A stretch of DNA of 64,000 bases, taken from the IMG/VR virus record IMGVR_UViG_3300014720_000002, one strand, 5' to 3'. The notes under the pieces are model-generated. The model was not told where the DNA came from. It saw nothing but the letters and a program-made list of their open reading frames with translations, and did no database searches. Below, piece by piece: positions 9,133 to 19,256 of this stretch (the stretch's first letter is position 1; each line of letters starts with the position of its first letter). Origin of the DNA: a virus. The position numbers and the translations under genes were made by a program.

Positions 9133-10056
9133 ATGATCAAGCAGAACGCGGGGTTTAAGCATAAGCTCTCCAAGGAGGCTGTGGATGCGCTGTTCAAGCC
9201 GTGTCCGGTCTGTGCGGCACGGGCGCACTTGCATGTGCAGCGTGGGCGTCCGCTTGGCTGCCGTTGTGCCGATCAGGGCGATCTTTTGACGGCGCTGTAT
9301 CGGCTGGCAGTGCCGGACTTCGACCGGTTTGAGAAGCTGCCCGGGTATCCGGTCGTCAATCTGGCCACTGGCGACTACTTGATGCGGGCCTGGGTGCGTC
9401 GGGATCAGCGCCTGTCTCCGGACGTGATGGCGGGCGGCGCCTGGATGAACAGCGGGTTCTCGTCCCGCGAGCGCGTAGAGGTCACCGGCACGCTGCTGGA
9501 CTTCGAGGTGTGGTTGCCAGAGTCGATGGTGATGTCGGCGCCGACGCCATCGGAAGTCGAGCCGACTCAGTCAGCCGTGACCATCGTGCCCGAACCTTTG
9601 AATCAGTTGCCAGTAACCATGACGACCAACCCGCAAGGTCAGATTGAAGCAGTTGTCATCGGACACGGCTTATCGCCTGTCCTCGCTGATCAGCTACAGG
9701 AATTGTTCCGCATGCAGCGCCTGCTGAACCAGCGCATCGGCGTCAACACGGACTCGATGACGGAAGAGGAGAAGACCAAGTGGCTCCTGAACTACACCCG
9801 CGCCATGCAGCAGGAGATGGCCGAACTGACCGACAGCGTCCCGTGGAAGTGGTGGGCCAAATACCAGAAGTTCGACGAGCAGAACGCGCGCGTGGAGGTT
9901 GTTGACCTGTTCCACTTCCTCATCAGCATGGCGCAGGTGCTTGGGATGAGCGCGGACGACGTCTTCGCCGTCTACGTAAAGAAGAACGCGGTCAACTTCC
10001 AGCGCCAGGAGTCAGGCTACACGCAGAAGGACGCGAACGATTCCAAGCACATCTGA
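9133..10056 (+). CDS. dut: Unknown N-terminal domain fused to a dimeric (all-alpha) dUTPase (domain about 9688-10056)
   Basis: LFRMQRLLNQRI...AMQQEMAELTDSVPWKWW...NARVEVVDLFHFLIS...YVKKNAVNFQRQESGY is the dUTPase_2 / MazG-superfamily signature. Confidence 0.9.
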   Translation: MIKQNAGFKHKLSKEAVDALFKPCPVCAARAHLHVQRGRPLGCRCADQGDLLTALYRLAVPDFDRFEKLPGYPVVNLATGDYLMRAWVRRDQRLSPDVMAGGAWMNSGFSSRERVEVTGTLLDFEVWLPESMVMSAPTPSEVEPTQSAVTIVPEPLNQLPVTMTTNPQGQIEAVVIGHGLSPVLADQLQELFRMQRLLNQRIGVNTDSMTEEEKTKWLLNYTRAMQQEMAELTDSVPWKWWAKYQKFDEQNARVEVVDLFHFLISMAQVLGMSADDVFAVYVKKNAVNFQRQESGYTQKDANDSKHI

Positions 10057-10442
10057 TGAGCGACTGGGTTCTGGAGATGCGGCTGCGGTTGGCTGGCGAT
10101 CCCGTGCAGATGCGGGAGCCGTTGCTGGCCGCAGCCGGCGATCCATGCAGCTTGCTGAATGGCTGGGAGGACATGTCGGCGTCGGTTGTGTCCCAGAGCA
10201 AGTGTGACATCGAGTTCAAGCTGGCGCAGTGCGGCATGCCCGAGACGGCCATCGCCCACAGTGCCCGGCTGGCCAGGCAGTTCTCCAGCACCAAGGTGAC
10301 GCTGTATTGGCTGGCCGTTGAGCAATGCACGGTCGGACGGGTGATGTTTCGCCACGGCCAGCAGCAACTCAACGAGCTGTTCGCGGTGACCAGGAAGTTC
10401 CGCAGGATGACCAAAGCCTGGTTTCAAGTGGACCTGAGTCCT

Positions 10443-10796
10443 TCAGTTCAAAGCTAGGTCTGGATCTTCACCACCTCGCCGGTGTGCCCAAGGCTGTTGT
10501 GGTAGTTTTGGGTTGCGCGGCTGGTTGAGTGGATCAGACAGCATCGGCACGGTCTGTCCGGCCAGATGATGGTCACAGTCTGGCAGGAATGCGATCTGCC
10601 CGTCTTTGATCCAGGCGTGGCACCGAGGGTTGGCTGGCAGCAGCAGTGACGGGCTGACTGTTGGCCGCTCAAGATCACCGTTCCAGGTCCAAATCCCTCC
10701 GGTGATGGGGTTGGGCTTGGTCACCCAGATGCCATGCAACTCCCGGCAGCCTGGACAGTGGAACACCAGAACATCGGAAACTATCGACAATACCAT
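10443..10796 (-). CDS. DUF6527-like small Cys/His protein; the only credible minus-strand gene I recognised
   Basis: FHCPGCRELHGI...WTWNGDLERPTVSPSLL...RCHAWIKDGQIAFLPDCDHHLAGQTVPM. Confidence 0.7.
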   Translation of the reverse strand: MVLSIVSDVLVFHCPGCRELHGIWVTKPNPITGGIWTWNGDLERPTVSPSLLLPANPRCHAWIKDGQIAFLPDCDHHLAGQTVPMLSDPLNQPRNPKLPQQPWAHRRGGEDPDLALN

Positions 10797-13386
10797 GCCT
10801 GATAATGACAGAGGCGCTGAGCCAGCGAAAGACGAGGATGACGACGGTAAGCTGGAATGCTGCGAGTGCGGCAAGACGATAACCGAGGCCGAGGATGTCT
10901 CCAGCTTCTGCGGGTCTATCTGCGAAGAATGTGCGCCCAAGCACGCGCGCCAGTGCGGCGTGTGCTGTAGTGATTTTCTGTCGCGGGGGTTGGTGGAAGA
11001 GGACGACCTGAAAGAATCAGTCAACGAACAAACATGAGCGCTACCACGACGGTGGATCTGGCCAAGGTCAGCTACGCCACATTCTTCTTCGAGACTGCGG
11101 ACGGTCAGTGTCGCGCGAAGCGCAGGCCGGCCAGCATGACCGTGCATGGTCGGCCTGTGGCTGAGCACGAGCCGGCGTTCCGGCTGGACAGTCATCCCGA
11201 CGAGACGGTCGGCCAGCGGGCCGTCCGGCTTGGTCTGGTGGACCGGTGGATTCCGGTGGTGGTCCTGCGCATCTCCAGTGCGGACAAGCTCAGGTTCACC
11301 GGTGAGCGCGCCGAGAAGCTGTGGGATGCCTGGAACGCCCGGGTGTTCGGTGGAGGTCGAAAGGCGTCCCGTGGCTGACGGCGCTTTGTCTGCGGCTCTG
11401 CGCGTGGCGTTCGAGTCCTGGATTTCGCAGATGCCTTACGAGCGGTCGGTGGACCGCTGGCCGGACAACGAAATTGAATTTGCCTGGCCTGGTCAATACA
11501 AGGACATCTCGGTGCAACTGGCCTGGGAGGCCTGGCAGGAAGGAAGAAAACTGTGAATAAACTACACAACGATCTCGACACGGTGGACCGGGCCATGTCG
11601 TTTCAAACGGTGGCTTTTGTGCGCCGCGGCATGCTGCATCGGCGCGGCTTTGGTCTGGACGCGGTCAAGGACTTGTGGGACTGGGTCAGTGATTTCACAT
11701 CCACCGCCGCCGAAGGGCAGTTGGCCAACTGCATTGCGGTGTCTGAGTTGTTGAAGATCGAAGAGGACGACTGCTCGCCGGATGCCGCCAATCTTGCCCG
11801 GATGATCGGCATCATGGCCAAGGTGGGCGGGGCTGAGTCGGTTACCTTTGAACAGTGAGCATGGAAATTCTGCATATCCTTAAAGCGCCGGGTCAGCCGG
11901 TAGTTCGGCTCGCCGGTTTGACTGGTGACAAGTCGGGACCTCCGATCGGTGTCGATGTGGAGATCGGAGGTTATGGGCCAGTCATCGTGCTGCCGTTGAA
12001 GCAGCCTGAAGATCCGCACGGCACGGCCCAGGTAGTGGTGGACTACTTCAACGGCGGTCTTCAGGCACTGATCTATGACTCTCCGTGTGACGAGCAGGCG
12101 GTGGCCATACGTTACAAGGACGATGGCACCATTGCTGAGATTGCGGTTCGGTCCGATCTGCTGGGCAAGGTCATCAATAACGAGCGCGTGAGTGCATGGC
12201 AGGAGGCGCGCGACAAAGGAAAGGCAAGCTGATGGCTGCGCGCACTTACGACGTGGTGCACTTTGCCTACTGCGGTATGTCCATTCCGTTGCTGGAGGAT
12301 GTGGACTACGAGTCGGCCCGGGAACGGTTCAAGCAGAGGATTGGCTATTTCCGGCGTCAGTTTGGTGGCGAGGTGGTGCACCGTGGCCGCAGTGAGGCCG
12401 AACTCTGCGAGCCTGAACAGTGCATGATGGTGCCGGATGCCTGCGGCACGCTGAAGATTGTCCGGCATGGAGAATGGAGCGCCTGATGCCAAAGCAAGTA
12501 GCGCTGGTTTTGACGGAAGAGCAAGTGCGTGACCTGGCTGACTGGCTGGCGTTTTGCCGGCGCAGGGTCGAGGCCGATCAGTCGCATACTTGCATGCTGA
12601 ATTGTTTCAAGTCTTCGCTTGGACCGCTGCAGGATGTGGTTGGTTGTGCGGTCACCAAGCTGGTTGAATCATGAGCGCAGATTCCTCTAAAGCAGTGTTT
12701 TACGGTCCGGAACGGTTGTTCGACCTGGAAGTCTTTCGGACGTTGCCCGAAGATCAGCGCACTGCTGTGTTTATGCTGATTCAGCAGCGCAGCCAGCAGT
12801 TGCGGCTACAACGGTGGAGCCAGGTGTCGGAGGACGTGCTTCATGCCGCGCTGAACATCTACCGGGCTGACGCTGGCGGATGTGTTCCAGACGATGAGAT
12901 TGGTGACGATGTGAACAAGGCGGTCGAGACCAAGTTCTACGACTTCATGCACGTCGTCCGCGATCTGGCGGAGTGGAAACTTCGCCGCCGGCGTTACCGT
13001 CCGGCGTTAAACATCATCGTCTGGCCGTCCTACGAGGACAGCACCGTGTCAATCATCTACGACCAGGACAAGCCGCTGTTCTACCTATGGCACTGTCAGA
13101 AAGCATGGACGTTCAATTTCTCGACCACTGAGGAGGTGGCCGTAGAACTGCTGCGCCTCGCCGGCAACGTCGAGCGCAGCTATGCCCGGTTAAGTAAGGT
13201 GCGTCGCAGTTTGCCGAGGCTCTTCTCGGCGACTTCGGCGATGTAGCTCCCTGGGAAAACCATCATGCAAGCTAACCATCAAACGGCAGGGTGTGGAGTG
13301 ATGAATGTGCGACGTTGAGCGTCCGACAGGCAAGATTTACGGGTGATATTTGGACCGGCCCCGCAGGGGCCAGGTTCTTTAGCTGT

Positions 13387-13740
13387 ATGCCGAAAGAAAG
13401 TTTTGCGGAGACGCTGCATCTGTCCACCAGCAAGATGCTGATGGATCTGGCACGCGAGAATGAGGAAGGCGCCATCATCCTGGATGGGCTTGATGCTGCC
13501 GTGCTGGGGGTGGTTTCCAGATGCGGTCAGGCGCCGTGCCTGCTGTATTCCTCCGAGCGCATCGTGCGCATCCTGATGGAACGGGACGGCATGACTCGCG
13601 AGGACGCGGAGGAGTTCTTCGACTTCAACACCGCTGGAGCCTATATGGGAGAGCGCACGCCGCTTTTCCTGCATGATATTGAGTGCCCTGCGTTGCTGCG
13701 CTGGACCAACGAGAACGAAACTGAAAATGCCAAAAATTAA
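13387..13740 (+). CDS. Conserved phage hypothetical protein
   Basis: DGLDAAVLG...ILMERDGMTREDAEEFFDFNTAGAYMGERTPLF, a pattern I recognise from many phage genomes. Confidence 0.7.
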   Translation: MPKESFAETLHLSTSKMLMDLARENEEGAIILDGLDAAVLGVVSRCGQAPCLLYSSERIVRILMERDGMTREDAEEFFDFNTAGAYMGERTPLFLHDIECPALLRWTNENETENAKN

Positions 13741-14642
13741 GAAGCGGTATTCTCCAGCCCCAGTGCCTGAACTTCGCACAGTGGCGTTCATCCGGAGTGA
13801 CCATAGTTATCCCGATGGCGTTGAAACGCTTGCCTTGCTACAGGTCCGCACACACGTCACCAGCCGGGATGAACTTGCCGTTCGATTGCGCGAGGCTGTG
13901 CACCAGTGGACGCTCTGCACGGAGCTTGGTGCGCGGGTGCGCAAGGAGAGTTCAGAAGACACCAACATCGGGGATCTTGCCAGCTACGACGTGCTGGATG
14001 TCCGCCGGTGCTGGACCGATTGCTGGATGAGCAGGGCTTGACTGAGGTGCGTCTGCTGGCGGTGTTTGATGACGGGCCTTCGCTGCCCTACGACATGCTG
14101 CTGATTCGCCCTACCGAAGATGAAAAGTGATCCTGTTGTTTGGCTGCTCGCGCTGACTGGTCTCGTCTGCCTGTTCCATCTGCTCCAGCATGGGCCTCGT
14201 TCGACTTCTGAGGCTGTGCAGTCGGGATTTAGATGGGCCGGGTTGTTGGGGATCGCTCTGGTGCTGGCCGCACTTGGTGTGGCCTCGTTGGCGGTGCTGC
14301 TCTGCGCACTGCTTGCTGGAGCGGTCCTGCTGGTGGCGCTGCTGGTGCTAGTCCTGCTGACCTGCATCTGCATGCTGCCTGTGTTTCTGCTGGGTAGCGT
14401 GTTGGTGGTTGGATCAATGGAGTTGTTACCATGAGCAAGAAATCTGGAAAGAGACGGCGGCTGACGGACAAGCAGTATGCCGCCTCTGGCGGTTCCATCT
14501 GCCCGTCATGCCGGACGGAGAACCAGCTTACGGCCGGCAGGCATGAGGCTGATGGCGATCGGATTGAGTTCGAGGTGTGCTGTGAAAAGTGCGGCTTCGA
14601 CTTCTTCGACATCTACCAACTGGTTGGCTACAGGAAGGCGGA

Positions 14643-15371
14643 ATGAAGCGCGCAGCATTTACACCCGACCAAGTCGCCCGGCTGATTGACAAGCCTGGCC
14701 GACGCAAGAACAAGCTGGAGGCGGTGTATCGGCTCAAGCTGTCGGACGAGGACTACCGGGAGGAGTTGGAGGCCGAGATTTATCGGGATCCGCTGGCCCG
14801 AGGCTTGGCGTTTGAGCAGGAGATTGCTGCGCACTTCCCCGCTGACCGTGGTGCCGAGGTGCCTGATGAGGGCGCCTGGGTGCTGGTGAAGCACGCGCCC
14901 AGAGTCGGCTTTCCGACGGGGAAATCGTTCCAACCTCCGCCACTCTCGATCTGGTTTGCCTTGGCGGAGTGGCGACCGTCAGCACGGATGCGCGGAACCG
15001 CCTTCCGGCATCTGGCCCGCATCCTGACCCCGGAAGGGGAGATGTGCCTGGAGCCGCACGAGTATGTGGTGTTCAAGAGTGGTCTGAGCAATCTGCTTGG
15101 CGTTGACGACGACAATCAGGTGCGGATCCACTATCTGAGCGGCGATGCCGCCATCGATGAGGACAAGCTTTTCTATCTTCAGTCGCGTGGCATTCCCCGC
15201 AGCCGTGCCGTGCTGATGCTGGTGGATCATGTGCGCAACCAGAACTGGTGCTGGTTTTCGCTGCCCATCGAGTATGCCCAGATGTTTGGGTTTGATCGGG
15301 CTCCGCGTGGTATTGCTGAGCGTCGCCCGGCTGAGCTTGCCCCAGAAGAGGAGGAACTGACACATGCCTGA
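14643..15371 (+). CDS. Hypothetical protein carrying a SufB/SufD C-terminal-like motif
   Basis: IDEDKLFYLQSRGIPRSRAVLMLV matches the SufBD C-terminal IDEEQLFYL.SRGI...A..LL motif; the rest of the protein is unlike SufBD. Confidence 0.6.
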   Translation: MKRAAFTPDQVARLIDKPGRRKNKLEAVYRLKLSDEDYREELEAEIYRDPLARGLAFEQEIAAHFPADRGAEVPDEGAWVLVKHAPRVGFPTGKSFQPPPLSIWFALAEWRPSARMRGTAFRHLARILTPEGEMCLEPHEYVVFKSGLSNLLGVDDDNQVRIHYLSGDAAIDEDKLFYLQSRGIPRSRAVLMLVDHVRNQNWCWFSLPIEYAQMFGFDRAPRGIAERRPAELAPEEEELTHA

Positions 15372-16013
15372 GAAAACGAACAAGCCTGCGCCTGGCTGGT
15401 CGGTGCTGCTGGTGCCGACGGAAGATGCCGAGCTTTTGATGGAGACGCTGAGCATGGACGCCAAGTCCCGTCATTTCGACCGTGAGCTTCGGCTGAAGAT
15501 CGAGAAGTCCTTGGACCAGGTAACTGAGTTCGAGGTCGCGCACGAGCAGGCGATGGCGGTTCAGACGCTGCTTCTACCCATCGTGCGCGGTGCATCCAGC
15601 CATGAAAGTTAGTTACCGACAACCGTTGTCCAACGTCCGCGCTTTGCTGTTGATGTGGTCGTTGATCATCATTCAGGGGCTGATTATCGCCAGCTTCGGT
15701 CTGGGCGTTCCGGTGTCCGCCTTGCTTGGTGGCATTGTCGGAGGTTTGACCGCCTGGCTGACTGCCGATTGGTGGCGTCGCGGGGTGCCTGTGTTCCGGC
15801 TGTTCGACGGCGCTCTTGTGCCTGACGTGTCGATGGTTGTGGATAACGGGCAGGCGTCCAAGCACGACCTTAACCGGTCTGCGCTGATGTGGGACTACGA
15901 GCGCACGCTGGCCGGATTGAACTCGCTGGTGATGGTGAGTTGGACGGAATGGGCATGCGCCGCCACGATCCAGTCTTCCCGGTCGGCGCTGCCTGAGGCC
16001 GGTCGGACGGCCA

Positions 16014-16760
16014 GTGTTGATGCACTGCTTTGGGAGATTCGGAGCAAGTTTGTTGAACTGTATGGAAGAGAGCCCATTATTGCCTGGGTCCGCCGGTGAC
16101 GGCTATGCCGCGCTGGCGGACGAGTGGATGGTGATTGGCGACGGAAAGCGGTTCAACTTTCTGGACCCCAAGCCGGAGGACATCAACATTGCGGACATTG
16201 TTCGCGGGCTGTCCAAGCTGTGCCGGTATTGCGGTCAATGCAACGGCTTCTACAGCGTGGCCCAGCATAGTGTGCTGGTGGCCAAGTGCGTGCCGGCGAA
16301 GTTCAAGCTGGAGGCGCTGCTGCATGACGCCGCGGAGGCCTACCTGGGTGACATCATCCAACCGGTGAAGCGGTTCCTTCCGGAGTTCCGTCGGATGGAG
16401 CATCATGTCTGGAAGGCCATTGCCGCTGCCTTTGAACTGCCGGAGCAGACGTCACCCGAGGTGAAGGAGGCCGACCGGCGGATGATGGTGACCGAGAAGC
16501 GGTCGCTGTTTCCGGCCCTTACTCCGGTGTGGCAGTTGGAGAAGCAGGGGGTCGTGCCTTATCCCGCGCTGCGGATTGTCGGACTCTCGCATGAATCCGC
16601 ACGCGAAGGTTTCCTGCTGTCATTCCACACGTATGTCCGGCTGCAGAAGGCGTTTCGGGACGGTCGTGTGTCTGTGTGCGACCGCTGCACCGAACTTGCG
16701 GTCGAGGATGCTACCGGCGTCTGTTTCAGCCAGGTTTGCCTTCCTTACGACAAAAGATGA
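16014..16760 (+). CDS. HD-domain phosphohydrolase, YfbR-like deoxynucleotidase family; true start probably 16128
   Basis: INIADIVRGLSKLCRYCGQ...FYSVAQHSVLV...ALLHDAAEAYLGDI..PVK...VKEADRRM. Confidence 0.88.
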   Translation: MLMHCFGRFGASLLNCMEESPLLPGSAGDGYAALADEWMVIGDGKRFNFLDPKPEDINIADIVRGLSKLCRYCGQCNGFYSVAQHSVLVAKCVPAKFKLEALLHDAAEAYLGDIIQPVKRFLPEFRRMEHHVWKAIAAAFELPEQTSPEVKEADRRMMVTEKRSLFPALTPVWQLEKQGVVPYPALRIVGLSHESAREGFLLSFHTYVRLQKAFRDGRVSVCDRCTELAVEDATGVCFSQVCLPYDKR

Positions 16761-18383
16761 GTGCTCAAATCGAGATGCCTGAATACTACCGGGCGCCGCT
16801 GACGGAGCGGGACGAAATAACGGCCTGGTTGCTGGATTACAACGCTCGGTCTTGGGACCGGCGAGGTGGTTTTGGCTACGAGGCGCAGCCGTTCTCCAAG
16901 GCAGGCTTCTCCCGCGGACCTTGGCTGTTCTGCTTCAACGTAAAGGTGCGCGCACATCTGGACTGGAGTCACGCTGGACTGCTGACCAGCGCGGTGCAGG
17001 CGGGTCACCTTGACCGTAAAACGGCGACCGATGCGCATTGGCTGTCCGAGACCGAACAGCGGCTGACCGATACGTCGGATGACGCCTTGTGGGATGCTGG
17101 CATTGAGGACAGCCGGGACGTGTTCTGCGGCCGGGACGGCAAGCCGGACGACGACGGCTACTCCATGCTCTGGGATGGCACACACGTCGATACCCGGTTT
17201 GCCTTTCTCGGCAGGTCCGGCGGCTGGCTGGCGCTGACCGGTTTTGAAGGCCACCGGCTGGCTGGAGATGCGGAGGAGGTGCTGGCTGAAATGTCGGATG
17301 AGTGTTTGCGGCGGCTGTATGCCTTTTTGGTGATGCTGCAGCACGACCTGGTCGGTGACCTACCCTCCCGGATGGTTCACGCAGCGGCGGCGTTTCACTT
17401 CTTCCACAATATCTGTGGCGACATCTGCCGGACGGAGGACTTGGTTGGAGCAGGAATCTGAGGTATGGAAGCTACTGAGATACTTAACAGTTATCTGAAC
17501 GTGGCGGAACCAGTTGCCCGGCGTTTGCTGGAGCTTGCCCGAGCCCAGGCTCACACTGACGCAGCGTGTAAGCAGGCGGCGGCTGAACTGGAAGTTTATC
17601 TGGAACGGTTCGACAATGACCGGTTGGTTCGCGATGCGGCCATCCGTGAACTGGCGGAGTCTAACTTGCCGCTGGCTGATGGTGAACTAGAGATGGACCC
17701 CAACGCTGTGGTCAGCGAAGGCGACGACAATGGTGCCTATGTCATGACGTGGTCGTGGGTGTCGTTTGCGGACACTGCCTTGGACAAGGAAAAAGACTAA
17801 TGAACGGACACGTATTTAGGGAAGTGCATGGTGTCATGGTGCAGGAGTTTGATCCTGTGTCGTGCCGGGTGGTGGGTATGCGGTTTCAGCCGGACGACGG
17901 CGAACATCGCTCGCTGGATGCCGTGTTTGACGAGATTGGGTTTGATGCTTCGGTGGACCAGCGCAGCCGCAAGGCGCTGCTGGCGCAGGACCTGCGCAAT
18001 CTGTTCATTCCGCGGCTGGTGGCCCAGACGGAGCGCAGCATGGTATGGCAGATCGACGAGCACATGGTCATGGTCGGACGGATAACCGCCACGGCTGACC
18101 GCAAGGCACAGGTGTTGCACGACGCTGCGCTCATCCCTGCGGCCGACTGGGAAGATCTCGGCTGGCCGGACGGACGCAAGCTGGATGCCTGGTGCAAAAA
18201 GAGATTCAAGCCGGCCAAGCCATGAGTGCTCAGACTATCTTTGAAGCGCATCGCCGCGAGTGTCCACTGACGGATGCCGAGGCGGTGGATGTGCTGTTGG
18301 AATACATCGACAACCAGGAGTCGCCCGAGGGGTTTTCCGACTTCCTGGACAATCGACCGCCGGACTGATGTCATGCGTTAGCC

Positions 18384-19256
18384 ATGAACCAACCGATACT
18401 CGTTGTCCGCACTGATACCGGCACCAACCCGTCGTCGCTGTTCTCCTGGTCGGCTGAACAGGCGGGGCTGCCGGCATGGAACCGGCTGTCAGCCACGCCA
18501 TCCGTATTGCTGGACCATCTCAAGGCACAGGTCCTGCCGGATCTGTCGGACGATGACGTCCTGGTATGTCTGGATGGCACCAGCAGCCTCTGCGTGCGCC
18601 GCCTCTACGCCCCGGACGCGTTCGCCAAGCGGCTGCATCAGACGATGGATGAACTGTCGGCCGATGTGCTGCTGGCCTCCTGCGTCAACTGCTATCCAGC
18701 CACAGCCAAGCTGATGGCCGTCTGTGACCGCAGCTTCGGCAAGTTGAAGCGCAACCGGTATCCTTCGGCAGATGGCTGGGCTGCCCGGGTTGGGGCGTTT
18801 CGGCGGCTGGTGCGCCGGCACGGAGCCCAGTCGCTGATGTCTGAGCGCTGGTGGGCGGAGGTGATCGAGGTGAACTGGGGCAATTACGGAAACCAGCCCC
18901 GGATCGTCATCGATCATGACTGCCATTTGTTTCAGCCGCTGGACGACATGGTGTTGGACCTGGCGCCAGCCCCATTCTCGTTGCTGAACAGCCGCACGGG
19001 CGCGCAGCCGATGTTCCTGCAGCGGACGGGGGTGGCCAGCCTCGGGCCATGGATGGAGATGATCTGGCCGACTGGGCCTGGCAAACCGTGGGAGCGCTTT
19101 CTCGGTGAATATGAGAAGCAGCGCTACGACGTGGTGCTGGATTCGGGCGAGATGTTACTGGACCTGTGGCCGAATGCCGGGCTGTTCGTGGATCATTCCG
19201 CGCAGGATCGGACGGTTGTGGGTGAACGGGTGGTTTGGTTGCGTCCCAGAACATGA
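18384..19256 (+). CDS. PLOD (procollagen galactosyltransferase)-like glycosyltransferase domain, divergent
   Basis: DDDVLVCLDG...ADVLLASCVNCYP...RYPSADGWAARVGAF...IVIDHDCHLFQPL parallels the PLOD GT pattern (VLFSAE.NCWP, YLNSG, LD...IFQ.L). Confidence 0.55.
   Translation: MNQPILVVRTDTGTNPSSLFSWSAEQAGLPAWNRLSATPSVLLDHLKAQVLPDLSDDDVLVCLDGTSSLCVRRLYAPDAFAKRLHQTMDELSADVLLASCVNCYPATAKLMAVCDRSFGKLKRNRYPSADGWAARVGAFRRLVRRHGAQSLMSERWWAEVIEVNWGNYGNQPRIVIDHDCHLFQPLDDMVLDLAPAPFSLLNSRTGAQPMFLQRTGVASLGPWMEMIWPTGPGKPWERFLGEYEKQRYDVVLDSGEMLLDLWPNAGLFVDHSAQDRTVVGERVVWLRPRT

Noticed and set aside
13270-13350. G-rich stretch starting ggc ag|ggt gt|gga gt that looks like a fifth pentamer array
   Set aside because: The phase breaks after three pentamers, and the stretch fits a tiny ORF plus a hairpin leader.
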